This document shows, piece after piece, positions 45,404-55,383 of a stretch of DNA of 64,000 bases (position 1 is its first letter; each line of letters starts with the position of its first letter). Location: assembly GCA_965115825.1 (NCBI GenBank), contig OZ220464.1, forward strand, positions 705,530 to 769,529, read 5' to 3'. The notes under the pieces were generated by a model, which saw only the letters and a program-made list of their open reading frames with translations, did no database searches and was not told the DNA's origin. This DNA is from Dehalococcoidia bacterium (GTDB lineage: Bacteria > Chloroflexota > Dehalococcoidia > Lucifugimonadales > UBA3495). The translations under genes and the position numbers were made by a program.

Positions 45404-46321
45404 CTATCCGTAGCGGATGCGCGGGTCAACGTATGCGTAGGTGATGTCGGTCAGGATGTTGATAGCCACGTACAGCAGCGCAAACAACATCACCACCGCC
45501 TGCACCGTGATGTGGTCTTTGGAATTGATGGCCTCAATCACCATCAGCCCCAGCCCCGGCCATGCGAACACCGTTTCAATCACCACCGAGCCGGTAATCA
45601 ATATGGCGAAAATCAGGCTGAAGTAGGTCAGCGGCCCAATCAGCGCGTTGCGGAAACAGTGCTTCCAAACGATTTTCCACTCCGGTATCCCCTTGATCCG
45701 CGCCAGCTTCACGTACTCCGTATCCAGCACATCCAGCATGGACGAGCGAGTCAGGCGCATAATCGCCGCCACGTTGTAATACCCCAACGCGAAGCCCGGC
45801 ATCACCATGTGCTTGATGCCACCCTTGCCCGACGTAGGCAGCCAACCCAGCTGCACCGCAAAAATCCACATCAGAATCAACCCTACCGCGAACGTCGGCG
45901 CCGATTGTCCCAATATGGCGAACATCTTCCCGCCGGTATCAAACCACGAGTCCTTCTTCACCGCCGACATCACACCCACTGGGAAAGCGATAATCCCTGT
46001 GATAATCAAAGCGAACGCCGATAGTTGCAGCGTGGCCGGCAGCCGCTCGGCAATCAGCTCCGCCACCGGTCGGTCCCACTTGAACGACGTCCCCAAGTCC
46101 CCGGTCAGCAACCGCCTCATGTAAGTGAAGTACTGCACGTGCAGCGGCTCGTCCAGACCCCACTGCGCGCGCAGCAGCTCAATCTGCTCCTTCCCCGATT
46201 CGTCGTCCAGGATGGCCGCCAACGGATCCCCTGCCACCCGCGACAACGAAAACACGATGAGGCTAATCGCGAAAACGGCCAGCAACCCTTGTAGTAACCG
46301 CAGTATGATGAAACGCTGCAT
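45404..46321 (-). CDS. ABC transporter permease (OppB/DppB type)
   Basis: The N-terminus MQRFIILRLLQGLLAV is typical of OppB/DppB. It contains YVKLARIKGIPEWKIVWKHCFRNA. Confidence 0.85.
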   Translation of the reverse strand: MQRFIILRLLQGLLAVFAISLIVFSLSRVAGDPLAAILDDESGKEQIELLRAQWGLDEPLHVQYFTYMRRLLTGDLGTSFKWDRPVAELIAERLPATLQLSAFALIITGIIAFPVGVMSAVKKDSWFDTGGKMFAILGQSAPTFAVGLILMWIFAVQLGWLPTSGKGGIKHMVMPGFALGYYNVAAIMRLTRSSMLDVLDTEYVKLARIKGIPEWKIVWKHCFRNALIGPLTYFSLIFAILITGSVVIETVFAWPGLGLMVIEAINSKDHITVQAVVMLFALLYVAINILTDITYAYVDPRIRYG

Positions 46322-46404
46322 GATGTCCGTTCCTACCGTGCTTGTGACCACTCACCGTGTAACCAATCACCGCTCATTGTGCGACCGGTTACGTTATCGT
46401 CGCC

Positions 46405-46436
46405 CCGGCGCGCCATCAAAGCGGGCGGCGCGCCGG
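46405..46436 (-). promoter_or_regulatory. GC-rich 10-bp hairpin between SBP and first permease gene
   Basis: CCGGCGCGCC-12 nt-GGCGCGCCGG. This is the classic position for an mRNA-stabilising or attenuating hairpin after an SBP gene. Confidence 0.6.
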
Positions 46437-46469
46437 AGTCATTCGCGTTGCAGACCCTCTCCCTCTTCT

Positions 46470-48434
46470 CTATTCCCGCACGCCTTTCACGTGTTCGAGA
46501 TACACGTAGTTGCCGTTGTTGGGGCCGAGGAAGATGTACTCCGCCACCACGTCCGGGTCCACCACCGCGCTCACCGGCAGCGTCCAGCCGGGAATCGTGC
46601 CCACCTCATAGAAGATCTCATCAGACACATTCTGCCAGTCGGCGGTAGCGTCGGCTTCGTTCAACGCCCGCAGCGCCCGGTTCTTGTTCTCCTGGATGTC
46701 GTCGCTGGTGTAGGCCCGGAAGAACCGCTCGGCGCTGAAGTAGAAGTGCACCCGCGTGTCAATCGGCGCCGCCGGCCCGCGGAACGGATACACGCAGCAG
46801 TCCGTATTCAGGCCCCGGTACTCGTTCCGCCAGTTGGAAAACTCAATCGGGTCCAGCGACGGGTCAAGCCCAATCTCGGTCCAGAACTTGGCCATCGCTT
46901 CCATCATATCCGGCTGCTCCGGCACCCCGCTCAATGGGAACACCGGAATTCGGAAGGAGAATCCGTTAGGATAACCGGCCTCCGCCAGCAATTCCCTCGC
47001 CTTGTCCGGGTCGTATCCGTACAGCTCTTCCCAGCTCTCTTCCCACGCCGGGTTGAAGCCGCCGGGGAAGTCCGGCACCAGCGTCGCCACCCACTGCCGT
47101 CCGCCCGCTCCCTTGAAGATAGCGTCGTTAATCTGATCCCGGTCCAAAGCCTTGTTCATCGCCATCCGAACCAGTTTCCCGCTTTCGCCGGGGTCGTTCC
47201 ACGGCATCATCTCATCCCGGGCCGCCGCGATGTTATAGGCTTCCCTGTCTGCCGCCTGCGCTTCCGCCGATGCCTCCGGGTCAACCCCCTTCTCGCCCGT
47301 CGCAAAGTACATCCCGCCGAAAATGGCGAAAGTCGTCTGCGCCGTAACCGAGCTGTCAAACACCTCCAGCCCGTCGTCAATCGCATCCTGCAACAGCGCC
47401 CGGTTAATGGCGGCGATGTGCCCCTCCCGAGCTTGCATGATGGCCAACCGCGTAGCCGGTTCCCGCACGTCCTTGATTTCAATTTCCTCAAAGTCCGGGT
47501 TCACCCGCCAGTGGTCATAATCCACCCGCGACCATTCCCACCCCACGCCTTCCTCAAAGCTCACGTATTCGTATGGCCCGGTGCGCGCCGACTTGGCGTA
47601 CACCTGGTCCCGACTCGTCTTGCAGTAGCCCAGAGCATCGCCCGCCTCATTGGCCGGGTAATCGGCTTCCCCGTTGGGACAAGCCTGGTCCCACTGCGCC
47701 TTGCTGCTGATGGGAACCCCCCGGTAGCCGGAGAACCAGTACAGGAAGTCCACTGCCGGCCGCTTCTGCATATGAATGTTCACTTCGTAGTCGTTGACGA
47801 TTTCAACCTCGCTGCCCGGGTCGCTGCGGAAGTAGTCCGAGTACGAAGCGCGACATTCCGGATTCGTGTAGTAAGCCAGCGAGTGTTTCACATCCTGCGC
47901 CGTGAACTCGCCCCAGTCGTCGTGCCAGCGCACCCCCTGCCGCAGCTTGAAGTTCCACGTCCTCCCGTCCGGCGTGATGCTCCACTCCGTCGCCAGCATC
48001 GGGTCATATGAGCCGTCAAACCGGCTGGCGTCCACCATGAACTCGGCCGACATTCGATAATTCACTACGCCGGCGCCGGTAACTTCGCAGTCCAGCATCG
48101 ACTCCAGCGACGGAGGGTCCAGTACTGCAATCAGCCGATTGGTAACCAGTTCGCCCTCTGTATGCGGAGCCAGCGTCGGCCTGGGGGTTGCCTTCAGCAC
48201 GGAGCGGCGCTGCGTGGGCGTCGGCGCCACCGTCCCATCCTGCGGAACCGGCGTGTCCGTAGCCTTGGCCGGCGCCGGCGTATCCGTTGCAGCCGCAACC
48301 TGCTCCGGCTGTCCTTGCTGCCCTTCCGGCGGCGTGGGTTCATCCGCACCGCCGCAGCCGATAATCAGCCCTGTCGTGGCCAGCGCAGCGAACAGCGCCG
48401 CCATCGGAATTCGCAAAAACCGTCTATACGCCAT
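46470..48434 (-). CDS. ABC transporter substrate-binding lipoprotein (family 5, peptide/nickel type)
   Basis: AGGAGG precedes ATG 48434. The lipoprotein signal is MAYRRFLRIPMAALFAALATTGLIIGCGG. It is large (~654 aa) and is the first gene of the operon. Confidence 0.8.
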   Translation of the reverse strand: MAYRRFLRIPMAALFAALATTGLIIGCGGADEPTPPEGQQGQPEQVAAATDTPAPAKATDTPVPQDGTVAPTPTQRRSVLKATPRPTLAPHTEGELVTNRLIAVLDPPSLESMLDCEVTGAGVVNYRMSAEFMVDASRFDGSYDPMLATEWSITPDGRTWNFKLRQGVRWHDDWGEFTAQDVKHSLAYYTNPECRASYSDYFRSDPGSEVEIVNDYEVNIHMQKRPAVDFLYWFSGYRGVPISSKAQWDQACPNGEADYPANEAGDALGYCKTSRDQVYAKSARTGPYEYVSFEEGVGWEWSRVDYDHWRVNPDFEEIEIKDVREPATRLAIMQAREGHIAAINRALLQDAIDDGLEVFDSSVTAQTTFAIFGGMYFATGEKGVDPEASAEAQAADREAYNIAAARDEMMPWNDPGESGKLVRMAMNKALDRDQINDAIFKGAGGRQWVATLVPDFPGGFNPAWEESWEELYGYDPDKARELLAEAGYPNGFSFRIPVFPLSGVPEQPDMMEAMAKFWTEIGLDPSLDPIEFSNWRNEYRGLNTDCCVYPFRGPAAPIDTRVHFYFSAERFFRAYTSDDIQENKNRALRALNEADATADWQNVSDEIFYEVGTIPGWTLPVSAVVDPDVVAEYIFLGPNNGNYVYLEHVKGVRE

Positions 48435-48522
48435 AGGGCCCTCCTGTCTGGTTATACAGTGGATTTCCCGCCCGAATTCCTCGGCTCGGCATTCCCCGAG
48501 CCGACAGATTCCGGTTCCCGGC

Positions 48523-48551
48523 AATATATGCAATGCAGAAAGTACAGTCAA
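48523..48551 (-). promoter_or_regulatory. Near-consensus sigma70 promoter of the ABC operon
   Basis: On the minus strand: TTGACT (48546-48551), a 17-nt spacer, then TATATT (48523-48528). It lies in the only strongly AT-rich stretch of this region, about 90 nt upstream of ATG 48434. Confidence 0.55.
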
Positions 48552-48760
48552 ACCCTATCGCAAGTTCGGCAATAACCTGAAAACGTATCAATATGCCTTA
48601 GTATGAATGTAATCCGTAATATACTCACGAATTCACCCTATTCAACGGGAATTCTGCGTCGGATTAGCCGAAATCCAACATCGCGCTTTCAAATATACAA
48701 TATGCCATATAGCAATATATCACGATTCGCAATAACTGCCGAGTCCCATAACGACGGCAA

Positions 48761-48787
48761 TAAAAAAGGCGACGTGGAAACGTCGCC
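48761..48787 (-). terminator. Intrinsic terminator downstream of the LLM gene
   Basis: On the minus strand: GGCGACG-UUUCCA-CGUCGCC followed by UUUUUUA. Confidence 0.75.
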
Positions 48788-48814
48788 CCGCCAATTCCGG
48801 CTTGACCCTCAATA

Positions 48815-49657
48815 CTACAGCGTCGCCTCCGCAATCCGCTCCAGCTCCCTCAGCGCGCCGGCATTGGTGGTGTCTCCGAGCCGCACGATAACCCGGTTCG
48901 CTCCGGCCCGTTCAAACTGCCTGATAAGCTCCCGGTCAGCCGGCTGGCCGAATACGGTAATGCCGATGCTCGACGGCTCCCGCCCGGACGCCTCCGCCAG
49001 CTCATCTATCGCCGCCCGGCCCGCCGCAATTTGCTCCGGACTCGCCGCCGTGGGCATCCAGCCATCGCCCCATCGCGCCACCCGACGGAACACATTCCGC
49101 GCATTGCCGCCCAGAATCACCGGCGGCCCGCCTTCCTGAACGGGCTTGGGATTGCACTGCACCGGCGGAAAGTCATAATAACGCCCGTGATACTCGGCAG
49201 CTTCCTGCGTCCAGAGTGCCCGCATCGCCTCAATGGACTCCCGCGCCTGCGTCCATCGATGGTCAAAGTCGCCCCCCATTATTTCCGTCTCTTCCCTCAG
49301 CCAGCCCGTGCCGATGCCCAGCAAAAAGCGTCCCCCCGAAAAGCGGTCCAGCGATGCAATGGCGCCGGCCAGTACCAGCGGGTTGCGCTCCGGAATCAGC
49401 GTTATCCCCGTGCCCAACTTGATTGTGCTGGTAACCGCCGAAGCCCGCGCCAATCCTATGTACGGGTCCGCCATATCGCTCATATAACTCGGTATCGAGC
49501 CGTCAGCCGAGCCGGGATACTTCGCCCCGGTATTCACCGGCATCACCGGATGCTCCGGCAGCCAGATGGACTCAAAGCCCAGCGCCTCTGCTTTCGCCGC
49601 TATCTCCCCAACATCAATCGAGTCGGTCGAGATCGACATATTCAAGCCAATATCCAT
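48815..49657 (-). CDS. LLM-class F420-dependent oxidoreductase
   Basis: Reads MDIGLNMSISTDSIDVGEIAAKAEALGFESIWLPEHPVMP. An AAGGAGG RBS precedes the start. About 280 aa. Confidence 0.8.
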   Translation of the reverse strand: MDIGLNMSISTDSIDVGEIAAKAEALGFESIWLPEHPVMPVNTGAKYPGSADGSIPSYMSDMADPYIGLARASAVTSTIKLGTGITLIPERNPLVLAGAIASLDRFSGGRFLLGIGTGWLREETEIMGGDFDHRWTQARESIEAMRALWTQEAAEYHGRYYDFPPVQCNPKPVQEGGPPVILGGNARNVFRRVARWGDGWMPTAASPEQIAAGRAAIDELAEASGREPSSIGITVFGQPADRELIRQFERAGANRVIVRLGDTTNAGALRELERIAEATL

Positions 49658-49905
49658 TGTGAGCCTCCTTTTACCTGCTCTTGCGTCATCCCTGCGCCGA
49701 AACGTCACCCTGTACTTGATGCGGACCTAAAATCCGGCACAACCCCATTGCGCAGGTTATCGCTCCCCACGCCAGCAAACCGCCCGGAAACCGCATGTGT
49801 CCGCAATAATAGCACGCTGCCCATACTCGTCATACCCGCCCCTGCCCATACCCTATTTATTAGACAGAAGACGTGAACCCGGATAACCCCGGTCTGTCTC
49901 CACAG

Positions 49906-49914
49906 TGCTATACT
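49906..49914 (+). promoter_or_regulatory. Extended -10 promoter candidate (TGCTATACT)
   Basis: It lies about 75 nt upstream of the GYD gene and is preceded by an AGACAGA...TCTGTCT inverted repeat. Confidence 0.35.
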
Positions 49915-49989
49915 ACTTCCGACGCGCTTCCAGAACTCTCCGGCGTCACCCTCAAACCGTAGCGACCGCCCCCCTCCGCAGGTGCCTCT

Positions 49990-50373
49990 ATGCCACTCTA
50001 CGTAATGCTCGCTAACCTTACCGGACGCGGCCGACGCATGGGACACGACAACCCCAATCTCCTCAGCGATGTCGCCTCCTCCGTTGAGACCACCTCCGGC
50101 CGAGTCCTCACCCAATATGCCGTCCTCGGACGCTACGACTTTGTCATCATCACCGAAGCCTCCGACAACCAGTCCGCCGTCCGCCTTTCGCTAGAACTCG
50201 GCCTGGCCGCCGGCCTTAACATTGAAACCCTCCCTGCCCTCCACATCGGCGTCCTCTCCGACGAAGAGCATATCAGCGTCCTGCGCGACGCCGGCGTCGC
50301 CATGAGCCTGCCCGCGGGCCCCGACGAAACCGAGGTCAGCGACGCTTGGCGCATCCCCAATGGGCCCGACTGA
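49990..50373 (+). CDS. GYD-domain protein
   Basis: Reads MPLYVMLANLTGRG...QYAVLGRYDFVIITEASDNQSA, which is the GYD family pattern. It has an extra C-terminal tail. Confidence 0.7.
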   Translation: MPLYVMLANLTGRGRRMGHDNPNLLSDVASSVETTSGRVLTQYAVLGRYDFVIITEASDNQSAVRLSLELGLAAGLNIETLPALHIGVLSDEEHISVLRDAGVAMSLPAGPDETEVSDAWRIPNGPD

Positions 50374-50396
50374 CCCTTTCGCGGCGCCAAACTCTC

Positions 50397-51227
50397 ATGC
50401 CTGTTCACCATCCACCGGCCCTCTCCGCCGTCCGCCCCCCCGTCGTAATGACCATCGCCGGCTCCGATTCCGGCGGTGGCGCCGGCATCCAGGCCGACCT
50501 CAAAACCCTCTCCGCTCTCGGTGTCTATGGCGCTTCAGCTCTAACCGCCATTACCGCCCAGAATACCCTCGGCGTCGCCGCTGTCCACGAAATCCCCACC
50601 GACATCATCACCGCGCAGATTGACGCTGTGATTACCGACATCGGCGCCGATGCCGTCAAAACCGGAATGTTATCCTCCCCTCAAATCGTCGCCGCCGTCG
50701 CCGCTGCCGTCCGTCGCCACCGCGTCGCCAACCTCGTAGTTGACCCGGTCATGGTTGCCAAAAGCGGCGACCGCCTGCTCCGACAGGAAGCTGTCGCCAC
50801 CATTCGCAACGACCTCATACCCCTCGCCGCCGTCGTCACGCCCAACATCCCGGAAGCCCAAGACCTGACCGGCCTGTCCATCTCCACTGACGATGACGCC
50901 CGACGCGCTGCCCTGGCCATCGTCTCCATGGGCGCCCAATCCGTCGTCATCAAGGGCGGCCACCGCGACGGCCCGCCCACCGACATCCTCTACGATGGCA
51001 GTCAATTCCTGGAGTTCACTGCCCAGCGCATCCCCTCTACCAACACCCACGGCACCGGCTGCACCTTCGCATCCGCCGTTGCCGCCGGACTCGCCCACGG
51101 CCTGACAACTCCGGCCGCCGTCCAGCAGGCCAAAGACTACGTAACCGCCGCCATCCGCAGCGCTTTCCCCATCGGGCGCGGACACGGCCCCCTGCACCAC
51201 TTTCACGCCTTTTGGCCTGCGCTATAA
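50397..51227 (+). CDS. thiD: Hydroxymethylpyrimidine/phosphomethylpyrimidine kinase
   Basis: Motifs [31 protein letters not shown] and [11 protein letters not shown]. Confidence 0.9.
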   Translation: MPVHHPPALSAVRPPVVMTIAGSDSGGGAGIQADLKTLSALGVYGASALTAITAQNTLGVAAVHEIPTDIITAQIDAVITDIGADAVKTGMLSSPQIVAAVAAAVRRHRVANLVVDPVMVAKSGDRLLRQEAVATIRNDLIPLAAVVTPNIPEAQDLTGLSISTDDDARRAALAIVSMGAQSVVIKGGHRDGPPTDILYDGSQFLEFTAQRIPSTNTHGTGCTFASAVAAGLAHGLTTPAAVQQAKDYVTAAIRSAFPIGRGHGPLHHFHAFWPAL

Positions 51228-51266
51228 TCAACCCCCAATCTCTCCCGATTTTGAGGTATCCCCACT

Positions 51267-54200
51267 ATGTTTGACGTGGTTTCCAGCCGGGTCAACTTCC
51301 CGGAGCTGGACGCTGAAATCCTGCAATACTGGAAAGAGCGCGACGTTTTCCGCCGTTCCTATGACGAAAGGCCCGACGCTCCCCTCTTCATGATGTACGA
51401 GGGCCCTCCCACCGCCAACGGCAGCCCCGGCATCCACCACGTCCTCGCCCGCGTCTTCAAAGACGTCATTTCCCGCTACCGCACCATGAAGGGTTGCCGC
51501 GTCATCCGCAAAGGCGGCTGGGATACCCACGGCCTCCCCGTCGAGCTCCAAATCGAGCAGGAGCTTGGCATATCCTCCAAGCGCGAAATCGAAGAACTCG
51601 GCATCGCCGAATTCAACCGCCGCTGCCGCAATAGCGTCTTCCGTTACGTCAAAGAATGGGAGCTGATGACCGACCGGATCGGCTACTGGGTCGATATGGA
51701 CAACCCCTACGTCACCCTGGATAACGATTACATCGAAACCGGCTGGTGGATCCTCAAAACCCTTTGGCAGCGCGGCCTCCTCTACCAGGATCGACGCGGC
51801 GCTCCCCATTGCCCGCGCTGCGTCTCCAGCCTCTCCTCCCACGAAGTCGCCCTCGGCTACCGCGAAAACACTCCCGACCCCAGCGTATTCGTCAAATTCC
51901 AGGCCACCGACTGGCCCGACCCGACGCCCACTTTCTTCCTCGCCTGGACCACCACGCCCTGGACGCTCCCCGGCAACACCGCCCTGGCCGTCGACCCCGC
52001 CGCCGACTATTCCATCGTAGCCCTTGCCGACTGCCAGCTCATACTTGCCACTGCCCTGCTCAACGTCCTGCAAGATGACTATACCGTAGTCAAGACTCTG
52101 CCCGGCCGCGATTTGGTAGGCTCCCCCTACCGCCCCCTCTACGACGCCACACAGTACGGCTCCCCCATCCGCCGCTTCGTCAGGAACGGCGATGGCCAAA
52201 CCACGCTGCAAGACGTCCGCGAGTACTCCACCCGCGTCGTCGCCGCCGATTTCGTCAGCATGGACGACGGCAGCGGCATCGTCCACATCGCCCCCGCCTT
52301 CGGCGACGAAGACCTCACCCTCGGCCGCGAGCACGAACTCCCCTTCATCCAGCCCGTTGACTTGCAGGGCCTCATCACCGGCAGCTACCCCTTCGCCGGC
52401 AAGTTCGTCAAAGACGCCGACCCCGAAATCGCCGACGATCTGGCAGCCCGCGGCCTCCTCTACCACCATGCCGTCTATCGCCACACCTACCCCTTCTGCT
52501 GGCGCTGCGACACCCCCCTCCTCTACTATGCCAAAACCTCCTGGTACATCCGCACCACCGCCGTCAAAGACCGCCTCGTCGCCAACAATTCCCGCATCAA
52601 CTGGTATCCCGAACACATCCGGGACGGCCGCTTCGGCGAATGGCTGCGCAACAACGTCGACTGGGCCATCTCTCGCGAGCGCTATTGGGGAACTCCCATC
52701 CCCATCTGGCAATGCGCCGCCTGTGGCCAAATGGACTGCGTGGGCAGCATCTCCGAACTCTCCGAACTCTCCGGCCAGAACCTTGGCAACCTCGACCTCC
52801 ATCGCCCCTACGTGGACGACATAACCTGGCCCTGCCCTGCCGACCACTGCAACGGCGTCATGCAGCGTATCCCCGAAGTCATGGACTGCTGGTTCGACTC
52901 CGGCATGATGCCCCTCGCCCAATGGCATTATCCTTTCGAGAACCGTTCAATCCAAACCGACGGCCGCCTCCCCGCCGATTACATCTGCGAAGCCGTCGAC
53001 CAGACCCGTGGCTGGTTCTACAGCTTGCACGCCCTCTCCACTCTCATGCAGGACGACATCGCCTACCGTAACGTCATCTGTCTCGGCCTCATCCTCGACG
53101 GCCGCGGCCGCAAAATGAGCAAACGCCTCGGCAACATCGTCGAACCCGACGCCATCCTGGATGCCCACGGCGCCGACGCCCTTCGCTGGTATCTCTTCAC
53201 CGCTTCCCACCCCGGCGACACCCGCCGCTTCTCCGACCGTTTGGTCCAGCAAACCCTCCGTCAAGTCCTCCTCACCCTCTGGAACGTCTATTCCTTCTTC
53301 ACCAACTACGCCAACATCGACCAATTCCATCCCTCCCATATCCCCGCCAGCTGGCAGCCTGAAGCCGAACTCGACCGCTGGATACTCTCCGAACTCCAGC
53401 AGCTCATCCAAGCCGTCGACGACCACCTCGATAACTACAACCCCACCGACGCCGGCCGCCGCATCGCCGACTTCATCGACGTCCTCTCCAACTGGTACGT
53501 CCGTCGTTCCCGCCGCCGTTTCTGGAAGTCCGACTCCGACGCCGACAAACTCGGCGCCTACGCAACCCTCTACCGCTGCCTCACCACTCTGGCCCGGCTC
53601 ATGGCCCCCCTTGCTCCCTTCGTCTCTGAGCAGATGTACCGCAACCTGGAACTCCCCTATCGCTCCGACGCGCCCGACAGCGTACACCTCTCTGACTTCC
53701 CCGCCGCCGATCCCTCGCTCATCAACCCGCCCATCATAGACGCCACCCGCTTGGCCATCCGCGTGTCCAGCATGGGCCGCGCCGCCCGCAGCAAAGCCGG
53801 CCTCAAAGTCCGCCAGCCCCTGGCCTCCGTAGTTGTCAAGACCCGAAACCCACAGGAAGCCGCCTACCTGGACTTGGTTCGTCCCCAGATTCTCGAAGAG
53901 CTTAACATCAAAGAACTGCATCCCGCAGCCCCCGACAGCCCTCTCTACGCCCACGCGCAAGCCGCCGCCAGCCCCGACTCAAACTCCAACAACGCCGACG
54001 CCGTCGTATCCGTCGCCGGCTATTCCGCCGCTCTCGATGCCGGCTACATGGTCGCCGTAGATGCCAACATCACCCCCGAACTGGCCGACGAGGGCCTGGC
54101 CCGCGAACTCTCCCATCGTATCCAGAACCTCCGCAAGTCCGCCCGCTTTGCAATCACCGACCGCATCCTGACCTACTACCAGGGCCCCGACGACATCGCC

Positions 54201-54347
54201 CGCGTCATGGTCACCCATGGCGACTACATCAAGCAGGAAACCCTCAGCGACCATCTCCTCGACCGCCCCCCCGCCCAGGACGCCACATCCGAAACCGCCA
54301 ACGTGGACGGTATGGCGGTTACCCTCGCCGTTTCCCGCGTCACATAA
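51267..54347 (+). CDS. ileS: Isoleucine--tRNA ligase
   Basis: HIGH-type motif PGIHHV and KMSKRLGN. It has a CP1 editing insertion and is 1026 aa. A TATAAT at 51223-51228 overlaps the thiD stop. Confidence 0.95.
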   Translation: MFDVVSSRVNFPELDAEILQYWKERDVFRRSYDERPDAPLFMMYEGPPTANGSPGIHHVLARVFKDVISRYRTMKGCRVIRKGGWDTHGLPVELQIEQELGISSKREIEELGIAEFNRRCRNSVFRYVKEWELMTDRIGYWVDMDNPYVTLDNDYIETGWWILKTLWQRGLLYQDRRGAPHCPRCVSSLSSHEVALGYRENTPDPSVFVKFQATDWPDPTPTFFLAWTTTPWTLPGNTALAVDPAADYSIVALADCQLILATALLNVLQDDYTVVKTLPGRDLVGSPYRPLYDATQYGSPIRRFVRNGDGQTTLQDVREYSTRVVAADFVSMDDGSGIVHIAPAFGDEDLTLGREHELPFIQPVDLQGLITGSYPFAGKFVKDADPEIADDLAARGLLYHHAVYRHTYPFCWRCDTPLLYYAKTSWYIRTTAVKDRLVANNSRINWYPEHIRDGRFGEWLRNNVDWAISRERYWGTPIPIWQCAACGQMDCVGSISELSELSGQNLGNLDLHRPYVDDITWPCPADHCNGVMQRIPEVMDCWFDSGMMPLAQWHYPFENRSIQTDGRLPADYICEAVDQTRGWFYSLHALSTLMQDDIAYRNVICLGLILDGRGRKMSKRLGNIVEPDAILDAHGADALRWYLFTASHPGDTRRFSDRLVQQTLRQVLLTLWNVYSFFTNYANIDQFHPSHIPASWQPEAELDRWILSELQQLIQAVDDHLDNYNPTDAGRRIADFIDVLSNWYVRRSRRRFWKSDSDADKLGAYATLYRCLTTLARLMAPLAPFVSEQMYRNLELPYRSDAPDSVHLSDFPAADPSLINPPIIDATRLAIRVSSMGRAARSKAGLKVRQPLASVVVKTRNPQEAAYLDLVRPQILEELNIKELHPAAPDSPLYAHAQAAASPDSNSNNADAVVSVAGYSAALDAGYMVAVDANITPELADEGLARELSHRIQNLRKSARFAITDRILTYYQGPDDIARVMVTHGDYIKQETLSDHLLDRPPAQDATSETANVDGMAVTLAVSRVT

Positions 54348-54469
54348 CCCCGGCTATTCCTGACCTGCAACCTCACCCCGTAACCGTCAAACCGCGACCC
54401 CGGCCACTGTACCCGTGAAACCCGCGCCCCGTACCCGATTCGGGGCGACAATCCACCTCTAATCCCAAT

Positions 54470-55282
54470 ATGCCCGAACTCCCCGAAGTCGAAAACACCC
54501 GTCAGTACCTGCTCCGTTCCGGCCTGACCGGGCGGCGCCTCGGCCCGCCCCAAATTACCTGGCCTAACGCCATCCGCCAGCCTTCTCCGGCCGAGTTCGT
54601 CGCTGGCGTCGCCGGCCGTCGCGTAACCGATGTACTCCGCCGCGGCAAATACCTCATCGCCCCACTGGATGACGGCCAGCGCTTGATCCTCCATCTCGGC
54701 ATGACCGGCAGCCTCCGCATCCACCGCGCCGACGCTGAACCTCCCCCGATGCTTCGGCACGCTTTCCCCCTGGACGACGCCCGCGAAATGCGCTTCATCG
54801 ACCCCCGCAAGTTCGGCCACCTCTGGCTCCTCGCGAACCCCACTGACGCCATGCCCCAAATGGGCCCGGAACCCCTGGAACCCTCCTTCAACGTCCCCGC
54901 TCTTGCCTCTGCCCTGTCTAACCGCAAAGCTCCTCTCAAAGCCTTGCTCTTGGAGCAGTCCGTCATCGCCGGCCTCGGCAACCTCTACGCCGACGAAGCC
55001 CTCTTCCTCTCACAACTGCACCCCGAGCGCCCGGCCAACACCCTCTCCCGCGAAGAGCTGACCCGTCTCCATCGCGCCATAATAACCACCCTCACCCGTT
55101 CCACCGACGCCTACGCCGCCGCCCGCGATGCCCACTGGCCCGACCCGCCTGTCGCACTGTCTCCCTGGACAATACCCCGACACAAAGACGCCGTCTGTCC
55201 CAACTGCAAAACCGGAATGCAGCTCCTCCGCGTCCGCAGCCGCAGTACTTGGTACTGTCCCAACTGCCAGCCTCTTTATTGA
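54470..55282 (+). CDS. mutM: Formamidopyrimidine-DNA glycosylase
   Basis: N-terminal MPELPEVE, then an H2TH region. The C-terminal zinc finger is CPNC...YCPNCQ. Confidence 0.9.
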   Translation: MPELPEVENTRQYLLRSGLTGRRLGPPQITWPNAIRQPSPAEFVAGVAGRRVTDVLRRGKYLIAPLDDGQRLILHLGMTGSLRIHRADAEPPPMLRHAFPLDDAREMRFIDPRKFGHLWLLANPTDAMPQMGPEPLEPSFNVPALASALSNRKAPLKALLLEQSVIAGLGNLYADEALFLSQLHPERPANTLSREELTRLHRAIITTLTRSTDAYAAARDAHWPDPPVALSPWTIPRHKDAVCPNCKTGMQLLRVRSRSTWYCPNCQPLY

Positions 55283-55383
55283 CGCCGGCCCTTGCCCCGC
55301 ATAAACTATCTCTAAGCCGGGGCATTCTTGCCCTTGCCCGCTTTTGGCGTACCTATGACACCCGCTGTTGGAGGCTGACTAAA

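Noticed and set aside
46125-48011. 628-aa plus-strand ORF
   Set aside because: It is antisense to the substrate-binding protein and permease genes of the ABC operon. The sequence is low-complexity and Arg/Pro/His-rich. The minus-strand genes have clear family motifs, RBSs and a promoter.
49709-49989. TPP riboswitch upstream of the GYD-thiD genes (and upstream of thiE, 34908-35501)
   Set aside because: I could not find the conserved CUGAGA / ACCUGA...GGNUAAU core in either orientation. Only a covariance search could exclude it fully.
51228-51266. T-box leader upstream of ileS
   Set aside because: The intergenic leader is only ~39 nt, far too short for a T-box.
51228-52928. 566-aa minus-strand ORF
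   Set aside because: It is antisense to ileS, which carries unmistakable HIGH/KMSKS motifs. The ORF is Gly/Ala/Val/Asp-rich with no motifs.
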